64,000 nt of DNA from the human T2T-CHM13v2.0 reference genome, Homo sapiens. The stretch is from NCBI RefSeq assembly GCF_009914755.1, contig NC_060937.1, one strand, 5' to 3'. The notes under the pieces are model-generated. The model saw only the letters and a list, made by a program, of their open reading frames with translations, was not told the origin of the DNA and did no database searches. The translations under genes were made by a program, and so were the position numbers. Positions 42,043 through 56,037 of the stretch are shown piece by piece (position 1 is the first letter of the stretch; each line of letters begins with the position of its first letter).

Positions 42043-42645
42043 TTAGATGCCTAAATTCTTGGCATCTAATATGATAGGGAGTAGATGCAACATGTTGAGT
42101 AATTACACATATTCTGGAATCACACTTAACAGTTGGCACAGCATATTTAAGTTATAATATTCAGTCAATCATTTAATTGAGAATTCTTATCAAGCATAAA
42201 ATGCTTTGTGCAGGGACTTTGTTAGGCATGAAGAATTTGAGGTCACCAAAGCACGTGCCCTTCCCTCATGGAGCATACAATCCAGAGGGGGAAACAGACA
42301 ATGAGGAAGAAATGCCACAAATAACCTGCTGTCACATTCTGAAAAGACCTAGAAGTCAAGGTATTAAGACAGAGTATGCTAGTTCCCCAGCCTTGACTAG
42401 CAGAACTCAAGGAGGGCTGTGTGAAGAGCGGGACTTCTATTAAAATAGTAGTGACTGCCCTCGATGCAGGAAATTCACTTGTGAAGAAATCCTAGTTAAT
42501 CAGACACTGCCTTAGTCATGGGAGATGTGTTATAAATGTTCATGACATGCAATCAGTAAGAACAAAAAGGCTAAAGACCTGAACATGTACAATAAAGAAT
42601 ACAAATATATTCAAATACACAATTTAAAAAAAGAGTAATACTAAC

Positions 42646-42660
42646 ATGCTGTGTTCTTAC
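42646..42660 (-). CDS. TRPC4: Alternative 5' splice-site extension adding VRTQH (TRPC4 epsilon-type isoform)
   Basis: A second donor, CAT|gttagt, lies exactly 15 nt downstream and in frame: GTA AGA ACA CAG CAT. Matches my recollection of the 982-aa isoform. Confidence 0.8.
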
Positions 42661-42855
42661 CCCTATTGTTCCAAAACTTTCTGGCTTTCTTCTCATCTTT
42701 TTCTTGCACAAGTGTGTCCAGATCCATTTGATCAGGTACCAGAGAGACTTGGGGCTCGGGATGACATTGAAGGGAGTAGGCAGAGTACCTCCTTCTTCAA
42801 AATAACTCATCCAAAGCTTTGTTCGTGCAAATTTCCATTCTATATCTGCATGGTC
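42661..42855 (-). CDS. TRPC4: TRPC4 coding exon (195 nt): TRP box EWKFAR and proline-rich TRP box 2
   Basis: ttcag|GACCAT...ATAGGG|gtaaga. Translates [65 protein letters not shown]. Confidence 0.98.
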
Positions 42856-44064
42856 CTGAACAGGAGAACATGACAACTGATGATAGGTTCCTTAATTAAC
42901 AAGGTACCATAAATCTCACAGAGATCCTGTAACCTGACTTCAAGCGGCTCTTGGAACATTAATTAAATTGCTTCTAAAACCACCACTGACTCCCAGAGAC
43001 AGTCATCTAAACATTTCAGAGGGTGGCTTAACCTAGGGTAGTCACAGCTCTCGTGTCACTTCTCATCCTTCCTTCTTCAGTGAAACAGACATCTAAAATA
43101 ATTCCATGTTAAAAAGACTGCAGTAATTAGTTATGACTTGAAGATTAGCCTGCATCTTCTGCACTGTAGACTCATGTTAGTGCAGTTTCATTTGATTCAG
43201 GCCAGAAATAGACTTTCTGTCTTAACCAAAGCCTTGTATTCCTGCTTAGATTAATGCTACCTCCACAGATGCTCATGGCTTAGCCTTCAATGTTGCCAGG
43301 AAAAGTCTTATTGGATATGTTTTCATGTGAATATTATTGCCCACCTTCGGCCAATAGAGATAAACTCAGAAAGAAGTTCCATTAACAAATGTAGAATTGG
43401 GCCTCTCTGACACACCATTGAATCTTGACCTAACTTTGTACAGATTTCACCAAAGAGGAGTATGGCCAGTGGTTGCCCACAATCCTGAGGCTATCCCCTT
43501 CATCATGTATTACTCACTCCACTTTATTAACCTCCTGAGGAAACTTTGGTACATTTGTGGCAATTAGATTTGGGACAGCCAGTCTCTTCTTAATTTAGCC
43601 ATAAATCTGATTTAAGCAGAAAATCTGAGAAGTAGGAGGTGGTAGAGACTGGGCATACATTCATTTTAAGAATTCAGAATAGTTCATTGTAACCAGTTAA
43701 TATCATAAACACGAACTCATATTTTAGAGTAGGAGAATAATCTTCAACTAGGCTTCATTTTGATATTCCTAAATTGCTGTGTGCGGATGAATAAGTTATG
43801 CATACTTTTTTATTCTGCGCAACATGGGTTTAATCCAGATATTGGACAGACTGTGCTTTGAACAAGAATCGCCATACCTAGAGAATGCATGGCCTTATTG
43901 CTGCTAAGCAAATGTTTGGTAATATGGATTGATCCACATAAATCGGAACACAGAAGCTGCAGTTTCCCTCCCTTTTTCCCTCCTCTTCCTTTCCTTTCTT
44001 ATTTCTCCCTCCTTTCCTTTCTCTTTCTTTCTAGACAAGTTTATAGGTTCTGGCTGATTATGCT

Positions 44065-44178
44065 GCATTGGTGAAGAGAATTGTACATATTGTTTCCTGC
44101 AGGCATGGAGAATGGGACTCAGCATTGTTGAAGAGAATTGTACATATTGTTTCCTGCAGGCATGGAGAATGGGACTGA
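44065..44178. repeat. 2 x 57-bp tandem duplication
   Basis: gcattg(g/t)tgaagagaattgtacatattgtttcctgcaggcatggagaatgggact(c/g)a at 44065-44121 and 44122-44178. Confidence 0.97.
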
Positions 44179-44842
44179 GCAGATTTGGCTCAAGGAAATA
44201 AAAAGGCAATCACTTAGATAAAGCATTGGCCTGTGGATAGCTCCTTCTGATTCTCTGACTCTCGGTGAGTCAGAAATTATGTTATCTTATTGCAATCACT
44301 AAGCAAGTGGTTTCTTTGTTCATGATTTAGGATTTTAAGAGGGTCTATAACATAGTCTATGGTGCTTAGAAAATCTGGAGATAAAAAGCTCTAAGCTGGT
44401 GATGACTAGATCCACCTTCCACTACTCACCTTCTAACTCCTAGTCAACATTTGAAACTTGGCTTAAGAATCCTCTCTCCTTAGAAGCCTGTTCTGCCTCC
44501 CATCAGTCCTGAGCTGCCTCCTATCTCCAACCCCAGTCAAGGTCCCCTCTTCCATACTTTCATGACATCCTCAAATTTCTTTTCTCAATATTGAAATTAT
44601 TTATTGCTTTTTATCTCTACTATATCATTTTTTTGTTGAAAACAGGGACTTTTTAATTCTTTGTATCCCGAAAATTAAGCATGTTTATGGCATATAGTAG
44701 GTGCACAATAAATATTCAATCAATTAACAAATGAGTGAATGGAAAGCAGTCTTTAGTTGGGGCCTACATAAGTGCTTCTGCCTTTCAACAGTTAAATTTT
44801 CCTCTTTTTCATGGTTTACCGATGGCTCTGAGTTACAGTTAA

Positions 44843-44938
44843 CAAGAAAAAGAAAGAAAGAGGAAGAAAGAAAGAAAGAAGAAAGAAGAAAGAAAGAAAA
44901 AGAAAGGAAGGAAGGAAGGAAGAAAGAAAAAGAGAAAA
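44843..44938. repeat. (GAAA/GGAA)n polypurine tract
   Basis: Direct reading. Confidence 0.92.
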
Positions 44939-46534
44939 TTCTGCTATTCTGGGACAGGTGTAAGCAAATGCTTGGCATGTTCGTGCCCCCAAGGAGACTT
45001 CATGCATGGAGTCCTGGGAATCACACCTGTCTCAGGTTCTCAGTGACTCTTTGGTTCTCCATAGTCTTAGGGTTTGGGCTAAGTCTAAATAGAGAGTTGA
45101 AGATGATTCTTATCTCTGTAATGAAGTTACCTAGAAAAGCACACCTCACAAAGAAGCAATAAGAAAATGTCATAATATTCTTAAATAGTGTTTTCTCCTT
45201 GATGAAATTGGGACATTTAATGTTTTAAAAGATCCAAATTGCTGGCAGCTTCCTTGTATCTAGCTTGATAATTAAAGGCCTTCTAATTTGTTGTTGTTGC
45301 TGACGTTCTGGAAAACAGAACGCACATTTTGGAAATATGTTGATTAGGAGAATATAGAACTTCTGACACAAAAATTTAGAGTCTATTTATAAAAATTTCA
45401 GATCGTAAGATGCTTAAATGAAATTCAAAGTATCCACAAATTCGGGTATTAACCTCCAAATCCTAGGACCTACCTATTTCCAGAGGAATTTTTTATGCAT
45501 TTGGAATACTTTAGTCTGTGAATCAATAAATAAAAACCATCTATTCTCATGTTCTATGCAGTTTTTCATCAGTGATGAGTGTCTTATGAGAAAAATTGCC
45601 TCCCTAAGGATGGTTGAAGTAAAATTCAGAGTTTTGCTTGACAAAAAAACAGTAATAACACTTCAGAGATTTAACCATAGATTCAAAGGTGTAATGGAAT
45701 GTAATTATTTATGAAGAAAATGGGAAAACTATAATTACGATTATAAAATGCTACTTGTCTAAGGTATAAATATGAAAGACTTAACTATATTTCATTCCAC
45801 TAAGAGTTCTGTTTTGCTGCTATTGCTAGTGGTCCTAGACGTATATCACTAGTATATAAGTTCAAGCAGATAAGTTCAACTTTGTCTTTCTTGTGCATTG
45901 CTGTATTTCTGGTGCCCAGAACAGTACTGGAAAACACAGTATGTACCCAGTAATTATGTATTGAATGAATAAATAAATAACTTGTGCTACGTTGTTTAGA
46001 TTCCAGAGTTTCAAAAAAACATGTATTGTATCGTGTATTATCCTACAGAAGTTAATATTACTTCTCTTAATACATTGCTTTCCCTGAGCTTTAAGAAATT
46101 GAAAATCCTGTGGCTTCTCCCCTTCCCAGACTCCTCTCTGGGTTATCTTTTGTATCTTCCCCTGTAGGGATGACTTCGCTTATATGAGAGTGGTAGGTTA
46201 AATGGACCGACAGGAGGCAAAACCTATTGTACACGGCGCAGAGATGAGCTGCTTGTTTATTAGTCAGACCTCAGCTACTACTTCCCATAGCCAATGGCTG
46301 CCTGGCAAAATGGATTTGGTTTATCTTTGTAATCATGTGTAACATGACAAAATCAGATTAATTTATAGCTACATATAGTGTGCTACTGCTCAGAAATTTC
46401 AAATTAACCATTTATAATTCTTATCTGTCTAATCAATAGCTAATTATAGATTTTATTTACGATGATAAGAAGATGGAGTATAGCTAAGAACAACACATTC
46501 TAGAGGAAACATTGAATTAAAATAAAGCTGGTCA

Positions 46535-46765
<231 letters not shown>

Positions 46766-46817
46766 CTATATTAATGGAATCATTATACATGGGATAAAAC
46801 AATAAAGCTTGGCATGA

Positions 46818-46840
46818 TTATATATATATATATATATATA
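46818..46840. repeat. (TA)n microsatellite
   Basis: Direct reading; ~80 nt from the pore-exon acceptor. Confidence 0.9.
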
Positions 46841-46999
46841 ATTAACTTAAACATTAATATCAACAGTAAAATAACCTTTTAGGACAATTATAAAATTAAA
46901 CGATAAAAAGAGTGAAATAAAACTGTTTTCCTCAAACTAGTAGAAATGGTGTACTTAAATTTCCCAAGAGCTTTGAAAGCTAAATTTAGTTTCCTAGGG

Positions 47000-47299
47000 C
47001 AGAGAGAGGCAAATGTGGCATGGGTACTGAGTTAAGAATGGTTTTCACTTTCTAAAATGGTTGGGAAAAAAATCAAAAGAGTGATATTTTATGACATGAA
47101 AATTATGTAAAATTCACATCTCTATATCCATAAATAAAATTTTATTGAAACACATCCATTCTCATTCATTTATGCATTTTCTATAGCTTCTTTTGTGCTA
47201 CAATGGCAGAAGAAAGTAGTTATAGCAGAGAACATATGGCTCAGAAAACCTAAAATATTTACTATCTGCTCCTTTTCATAGAACATTTGTCAATCTCTG
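47000..47299. mobile_element. MER58B-like hAT MITE
   Basis: Perfect 8-bp TSD tcctaggg at 46992-46999 and 47300-47307. Internal aaataaaattttattgaaacac...aaaacctaaaatatttactatctg. Confidence 0.88.
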
Positions 47300-50200
47300 T
47301 CCTAGGGCACTAAGTCATCACTAATAAATGATAGATCCCAAATTTTAGGCTTTAAAAAGTCTGCTCTTTTACTGATTTTGCTTTGGTTGTAGGAGAATTG
47401 AGAACATTATAATTACTACAGATTTCTATGTTTACAACTAAAATTGGACATAATGCATCTTGTAAGATGGTAAAGAGTCTCAGAATGCTTACGTAATAAA
47501 ATTTGATGGGTTTTTGGTTTTTTTGGTATTTCAAGGAACATTTTATTTATTCTAGCCAATGAATGAACTCTGGCTATTTTATTGAAAATAATGTCCCTTT
47601 AACTTACTCCAAAAAATGAAATAAGCTGAGGAGTATCTGAACTCAAATGGAGAATTGTTTGTTTCAAAGGGACCATAATAATACATTAATATAGTGTAAT
47701 AAAACGATGATAGAGATTTCATACTTCTTGGTAAATCGTTAAAATGAGACTATATTTAAATTACAAAAATAAAACGAAAACCTTCTCATACACGGCATGA
47801 TGACTAAGGAGGTAGGATTTCTGTCTATTGGGAGATTAGCATTAGATTGGAATGGTGTTACAGAACCAAGTCAATTATGGCTTCTGGCAACTCCCAGCCC
47901 CAGTGGCATTGTCCCCTGTATGCCCTTTTATGGAAAGGTAGTCCTTGTGTAAGACTCTGGAGCTTCTCACCCAATACCTCCATGGACTAAGTCAATCATG
48001 GTCAAGTGACCCAAGGAGAGAAAATTCATATAAGGCCAGTGGCCTGTGGCATGCATTAAGGCAAAAAAGATCAGAATTCCCCTCTAGAGAAGTTTGCCTT
48101 AAAAATATCAAGATAATTGCCCAAAGGGGTTGGGATGACAGGGGTTATGATGTGGAGTCAGAGTCACTGGAATGACGGGATGCCAAAGGTTTGAGACAGC
48201 ACAAACTAAGAAGCAGAGAATTGAGGATGAATAAGCCAGGCAATAAGTAAACTCGGAATAAGGATGAAGTAGCTGACTCATTTTAATGCTGACACACAGA
48301 GTAACAATCCCATGGCCCAGCACTACGTCAACTCCGGCTCTTCCCAAAGCTGGGGCTTGCTCTAGGTTCTGCCCTTGCAAAGATAAACCCTTACTCAGAA
48401 GACTGAAGGGCTATAATTCTTTGCATGTTTTTTTATAACTAAATGCCTGTTACTTGAAATAAGCTGTGAATTCTAGTGCATATAACCAGGAGATTCCAGC
48501 TAAATATGCCTAATTGGCATTCAGGATGGAAATTGCTTTTTTAAAAAGGTAAAAAATTTCATATTTTTAATTGAGCAACTAATTTTAAGACAGAAAATTT
48601 AACTATTTATTTTCTAGACCTGTAAAATGACGGAACAACAGATTATTGTGAAGGAGAAAGGGCACTGATCTGATCAACTTTAGCCAGACTGTGATTCTTA
48701 AATGGAATGCTGTGCATTCTACGAGGAGGTGATCACATATTCTTAGAGGAAAACCCAGGTGCCAGATTCCAACAATAATAGAGAGAATTCAATCTGACTC
48801 ATTGGCCCTAGACAAAGGCCACTAAAGCTACTCTTTGAAAATTTCTCAGGAAAAAGTAAATTTGGCCCATGGCCATGAATTCTTTATTTTTAGTAACTTT
48901 AAAGACAACTTCTAAAATTAATCATAGTGTCCTTTGGATTTAATGTGAAAGAATTGTATTCTTTCTTTCCAAATAGTTTATGTTCTCACTGTGAGTATAC
49001 ACATAAAAATCAGCTGGTTTTCCTGACATGAATAGCAATTTAAGGAAAGTTGTAAGTTAAATATTATAAGTTATACAATATATAGTGTAAAATGTTACCA
49101 CATAAACCCCATTACAGGTTCTTTTTCAAATAAAAACAATGATGCAGAATAAACCACTTATTATTTTGAATAGTACACATTTGCTCCTGTCTACATAGTA
49201 ACTACTAATTTTAGGAAACATTAATAAATACTTTTGCAAAATATTTATTGATGTTTAAAAAAATTTAAAGGGGAAAATTCTAAATAAAGTGACATTTCAT
49301 GATTACTTATAGATTATTTCTTTCTTTTATTTTCCTTCTTTTAGTGGAATAAGTCAGTGGTGAGATTTAAAGACTAGTTCCACTTAACTAAAATATATTT
49401 ATTTCTCAGAGGAATTAAGACCCTGGCCTTAGTGTTTCTCAATGAATTGTTCAGATAACAGGTGGATTTTTAAAAAATCAGTCTAAGTTAACATTTCAAA
49501 GCCACTGCTTTCAGAAATGTTTTTGTCATTAGTAATTCCCAAATCTATTGAGACCAACATTGCCCATACATTGAAGGATCATTACTTAAAGTATCACATC
49601 TCAGAATGCCTTTACGTGACTAATATTTTTCTTGTTCTGTGGTAAGATATGAACTGAAAACTCTCCAAGATAATGCTACAATTTAATTAAGTGACATTTA
49701 GTATAAAACTTGGGTTGAAGACTAAATCCTAACAGTCTGTATGGGTGGACTTAGGTCCTGCCTTCCTAATGATAGCATTTTATCTCTTGCTTTGAATATA
49801 TTGCTCAACATATGCTTTATACAATTAGCTTGTTTCCCTGATTATATATTTACAGCCAGAAGAATTGAACGTGTAAAAAAGTAATGTATTCCATTGTTGA
49901 AATTTTCCTCTATCCCATGGGACTAAAACAATGAGCAAACATAAATTAATAAAAAATGCATCTGAATATTTTATCTTTAGTTTATAAGCAAAAATGAAAT
50001 ATTAAAATAATGTATGACTCCAACTGGCCAGTTACAACCATTAGGAATACAGCTCCAACAAATATAAAAGGGCTTTGCTTAATGAGACAATACCTGTCAC
50101 AAAGCCTGTGCCCCTCTCTTCATAAGAAAGTACCTTACCAGGGGCTAATAGCTTAAAATTGCACATAGAATAGTTTCAACAACTAAATATTTTGTGTTTT

Positions 50201-50546
50201 TTGGTAACATGTAGTTCTTCTCAGGGTAATGAGAAAATAACCTGGAAAGGAGCAGGAGGAAGTATGTATTCACTGGTGGGAAACGGCATGAAGATGCATA
50301 GAAGACATGGATCACAGCCTGACACTGGGCATTCAGTCAGGGAGAAGACCAGAAAAGGCCTCCTGCAAAAGGTATATCTGAGGTAGGATTTGGAAAAAAA
50401 AATTGCCACATGGAAGGGCAGAATAAGGCCATTCTCGAATAAGAGAAGAAAATAACGTATTTGGGGATTTGTATTTATAATCCATCAGGAAATATTGAAG
50501 AGTAAAGTGTTAATGGGGGATTGGAAGATGAGACAAGAAAAGGAAG

Positions 50547-50966
50547 TGATACAGAGGATGTTCGTCTCTTTCAAATAGCATGTTGAAATGTAATCCCTGA
50601 TGTTGAAAGTGGGGCTTAGAGGGATGTGTTTGAGTGATGAGGGTGGATTGTGGGTTGCTCACAAAAGGCTTAGTGTCATCCTAGGAGTAATTAGTGAGTT
50701 CTCACACTATCAGTTCTCACAAGAGCTGATTGTTGAAAGGACCCCTGCACCTCCCTCCCTCGCTTCCTTCCTCTTTCCCCCTGTGATGCCTGCTTCCCTT
50801 CACTCTTTTGCCATGAATGGAAGCTTCCTGAGGCCCTCACCAGAAGCAGATGTTGATGCTGTGCTTCTTATAGAGTGTGCAGAACCATAAACCAAATAAA
50901 CCTCTTTTCTTTATAAATTACCTAGTCTCAGATATTTCTTCATTGCAACAAAAATGGACTAAGACA
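50547..50966 (+). mobile_element. MSTB-like MaLR solo LTR inserted in L2
   Basis: catgttgaaatgtaatccc...aagcttcctgaggccctcaccagaagcagatg...ggactaagaca. Confidence 0.88.
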
Positions 50967-52000
50967 GGAGGCAGGGGACAAGCAGATCAATGAATGATCT
51001 AAAATGTCAAGCTAAAGAATGTGGCAGTATCCTGTAAGAAATGGGAAACCATTTTGGCACTTTAAACAGGGTAGCCTCAGATATTAGTTTAGAAATATAA
51101 TTCAGGAAGCAAAATGGAAGACATAAGAAACAAGGCAGAGACCAGGGGCAGGGGTACTTAGATTTGGGCATCAGTGGAGAGCAAGGGGAAGACAGTGCCA
51201 AGATAATAGGAGCAGGAACAGATATTTATTGACCGACTACACATGGAAGGGATGAGAAGAAGGTAGGATCTAGAATAAGATAAATGTTTTTGATGTAAGT
51301 TTCTGGGTGGATTGTGGTGATGTTGACTAAGAAAAGGAATTAAGCAGGAGGAAGAATATGTTTTAGAGAGACTCTGATAAATTCCCTTTGATTGAATTTA
51401 AGTCTTCAGGAGGCATGTAGAGAGAGGTGTCCACTAGACAGCTGAATATATTGTGCAACCCGAGGATAGAAATTGGTGCTAGTAATATAAATATGGAAGT
51501 CATGACTTAGACATATAGAGCCAATTCCAAAAGCACAGATGAGTTTTCATAGGGGTACTGTTAAAAGGGTCTCAGGTTAGCATGCTAAGACATACCACTA
51601 TTTAAAAGCAGTAATGAAAATAAAAAATTATCAGAGTATACTTAAGGTTAGGGTTAGAGTAAAGTGAGAAAGGCTAGAGAAGTAAGATTTGAAGTGAAAA
51701 AGGTAATAATATAGAAGTTAAAAGGGGCAAGATTTCCAGAAATGGAAGTGTTAAACAGGGTCAAATGAAGCAGACACATTAAGTAAAATGTGAGCAGATA
51801 AATATCCATAGTTAATGGTGATAAGAAGGCTCCAGGTGATAATTTTTAGAGCAGTTTTAGTGGAATGATGGAAGCAGAAGCCAAATTATAATTGGATGAA
51901 GTTTGAGTGAGAGGTGAGAAAATAAGATATCTTGTATAGGCTTCTTTTAGGTTTACTTGGATGAAAGGAATGAAACAGGAGTGGTAGCTAATGGGAAATA
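50967..52000 (-). mobile_element. L2 fragments (also ~50230-50546)
   Basis: Purine-rich degenerate L2 antisense (gagcagttttagtggaatgatggaagcagaagcca...gagtgagaggtgagaaa). Confidence 0.65.
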
Positions 52001-53482
52001 TTGGGTTCAAAATTTTAACAAAGTTTGAAACTGAGTGGAAGGAATAATAGAGATGAAACCTTATGAGAGATATGTGAGAGATAATCCTCTACCATTGCCA
52101 ATCATGAAGATAATAAGAGTAGCTACCATTTTTGATGACATTCTATGACATGAACTGTGTTAGGTACTTTATATGAATTAGTGTATTTTTAACCTTCACA
52201 TAGAATAAGGTCTCGGAAATAGTGGGCAGTAAAAAAGAGCCTGAATTTATGAAATGTACAGAATTACAAAAAGAAAATTAAAAACCAAAGAAAGCACAGA
52301 AGTAAGATGTAGAGCAGGGGCCCCAAGGGTATCACTATATACCCTGTGACAATGACTGGTGTCCGTTTTGCTTAAACAGAGTCATCAAGAGACAGGTGAC
52401 TTAAGCCTAGGACCTCCTGCTTCCTAATGTTAAGGGCTATTGATATATACTTTAGTTTTTCAATATCTTGAAGCAAAAAATAATTTGTGGCTTGCACATT
52501 TATATTATTTAGAAAAAATAATTCAAGTGCAATAACTGATTTATTTGGGTTGAATGATATAGGCCTATAGTATTTAAGATATGTAATTATATGTTGCTTT
52601 TCATGACAATAGAGGAAATCACTGGTAGAGACAAACGAAAGTAATACATAATCCCAATAATCCAGTATATTTGATTTTGGAATAAAATTTATATTAAGCA
52701 TTTTACATCATGCTTGTCTGGCCTTAATCTCCTTTGATTTATGTTATAATTAGTTTGTAATATGTTATTACTTACAAAGAAACCAATATAGGGACAAAGA
52801 AATTCCTAGGAATTTTAGGGGATCATAAATCATGACAGTGTTATGTATAACCTATTGATTGCAGAGGAATCAGATAGGTGAGAAGGGTTGGGTCTGGGAA
52901 CCAGAGCTTTTCCCTGAAATAAAGAGGACCTGGGAGTTAACACAGTTTTAAATGCTACGTGGAAGTTCTTTCTGGAAGGCAAAGGAGGAAGTCAGAAGGA
53001 TATGGCAACAGGAACAGATGGGGTGGTCTTGGCAAGCAGTTTGCACCAGGTTATGCAGCATAAAGTAAGAAGAAAGTTGTGAAAGAGCATTCACAAGGGT
53101 TCTCCATCAGAAATCCAGGAGACCAGCTGGCAGACAGACAAAGATTGTTAGAGCAGAACTCTCATTTATGAAGGAAGAGGTTGGTGGGGTCTGACCATTG
53201 TAAATCTCTAATCCGTTTCCCTGGGCAAGTTGCAAGTCAAGAACCACAAATAAGACGGGAGCCAGAGGGTAGGGGGTGGGCGGGGGAGGAAGAGAAGTTC
53301 AGATATCAAAATTGAGATGCCATCCTAGGCCATGCTAGTTATGAGGATGTTTTTGCAAGGGATTTCATTGAATTCCTCCTGCCCAGGGTCAGAAGAGAGC
53401 AGTGGGAAGATGTCAAGACTGAGTGAACCGGTCAGGCCAAGAAACTGCTGCTTAGGAATACAGGATCAAGAAGGAGCTGGAA

Positions 53483-53787
<305 letters not shown>

Positions 53788-54870
53788 TTAAGATCCATGG
53801 ATGTATCAAATCTATTTCTGAAAAAAATGAGGTATCAATGGCTGACATTTAAAAATTATGTGCAAATAAAAAGATGATGAATAACTAAAATGAAGTTTTA
53901 AATATTGGAGCTAAGATAAAACAGATGTAGAATTAGACCAACAAGAGCATTTTAGCTGTAAGTGATTTTGTTCATGTGATATTATTGACTTTTTTGTTAC
54001 TTGAGAAATTACCATCCTCTCTTATAGTATACAAGATTCTATGATGGCTCATGAATAAGGTATGACTTTTAAAGTCACCTACAAAATGACTGTGTCTTCA
54101 AACGTGGTTACTGTATGGAGGAAAATCACTTCACTTATTAATTCAGCTACTGGTTAACCGTCTGTTTGTCACAGTGGGAAGGAAATGGGACAGATATATA
54201 GAGGAATAGCCTATGAGAGCTGTGTGACCATCAGACACAGTGCCCATGAAGCTGTGTGCTGTTAGCAAAGCCCATTATGAGAATAACTGAGAGAGCTGAC
54301 AATAGACACTGTCTATTGCTCATCCAGCCATAAGGGCACAGAGAGTTTTGTGTGCATGACAGTAATGGCTAGATTAGTCTTAGATTTCCATTTGCACTAT
54401 TTTTAGATGGTTAAGTTTTTGTGTAGGAAACTAGAGAATGAAAGAGATACATAAACGGACTTTACTACCTGGAAAACACATGAGGAAATATTGAAATCTA
54501 CTTGAATTTTCCAACATGAGTGGTTTTACACATGTTCTATCTTTTAATGTACTTGTAAGCTTTTGTAGTATATAGGCTACCTTTTTAAATTCTACATCAA
54601 AAAAATAGTATCTATTGCTTTCTTTTTCATGAAGTCATTTAGAAGAAAAGATGATTTTACTAAAATTTAAAATAAATGTGTCAGGTATTCTTTTTCCTGT
54701 CGGAAGTTTTCATTTCTATTCAAAGCCATGTTAATTCTGTTTTCTGCATTAAGCACAATTTTAGTTCCCCATTTTCTTTACAACCATTTGTCATAGGTTT
54801 TTCAAGTTTGTGATGTGGTGCACTCTAAATGCTGTACAACATTACCAGTAGAAATGTCTATTAGACTTAC

Positions 54871-55184
54871 GTTGAAAATGCATTATTCTGCTTTTCACAT
54901 CTTATGCCTTTGCAGGTTAACCCTTTCGTTTCTTCATAATAGAAGTACAATTGATTTAGGCCATTTGCAAATGCTAGCAACACAAGGCAGTATATGAATA
55001 GAAACTTCAAAATGTCCAGGAGCATTCTTCCCAGAGATATTTGCAGAGGTCCCAGGTGAGAATTTGCAGTAAACAGTGAGATCAGACGCAGAGAACTGAA
55101 GATGTTTGCAATAGCAAATAAAGCCTCTGCCACCAGAGTGGGATGCCACATGTCCCATGATTCTCGTGGATTAAGGGCACTGTA
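54871..55184 (-). CDS. TRPC4: TRPC4 coding exon (314 nt; probably exon 6, ~aa 459-563): S4, S4-S5 linker, S5 and turret with the Cys549/Cys554 pair
   Basis: Minus strand ttttctccag|TACAGT...TTTTCAAC|gtaagt. Translates [104 protein letters not shown](T), a recognisable TRPC4 sequence. Confidence 0.98.
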
Positions 55185-55745
55185 CTGGAGAAAACAGAGA
55201 AACAAAGGGAAAGTAAAACAAACACACGCATATAAATAGATCAAGGTCAGACCCAGAAGGAAAACTATTAAATTTTGAACAAAATAATTGATGACTTTGT
55301 TTTCGATTTTTGAACACACTTGCCAATTCTAGAGGAACACATGTAGGATACAAATTACATATAAATGAGTAGAAGTAGTGGTCTGTTGCTATGGAAACAG
55401 AAATGACCAATATGGGCAAAAACCATCAGTGCTTCCTCTCTGCTATGTCCTAAATGTAAATACAACCTAACTTACAAATCGTCCCGGCAGTTGCTGAATT
55501 GCTAACTTTTTACATTTAATATGCAGGAAATATAACATTTATCTGAATGCTCCTTAAGTAGGTAAAATACATGATTTGAGAAAAAAATTGCTACTGTAAA
55601 CTTTGACCAGCAATTATTTAAAAAGTAAGCAGGTTAATTAAAATGTCAGATTTGAATTATCCTGCTATTAAAACATATAAAAAGCAAAATAAAATTTAAC
55701 TGTGTACTATCGAGGTAAATTTGTATCCCTTTTAAAAAAGGGTCA

Positions 55746-56037
<292 letters not shown>

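Noticed and set aside
43904-44209. ORF with duplicated peptide LSPILHACRKQYVQFSS
   Set aside because: It reflects the 57-bp (19-codon) DNA duplication; there is no coding evidence.
44731-45162. 143-aa Lys/Glu/Arg-rich ORF
   Set aside because: It arises from the (GAAA)n low-complexity tract.
54300-54318. Palindrome caatagaca-c-tgtctattg (SMAD-like half sites); similar short palindromes at 38563-38583 and 52801-52814
   Set aside because: Arms of 7-9 bp are expected several times by chance in 64 kb of AT-rich DNA.
54867-55319. ORF-track N-terminal extension MCSKIENK... (also 42571-42876 and 28294-28758 taken as stand-alone genes)
   Set aside because: These are TRPC4 exons read into introns or from an internal start; splice sites define the true limits.
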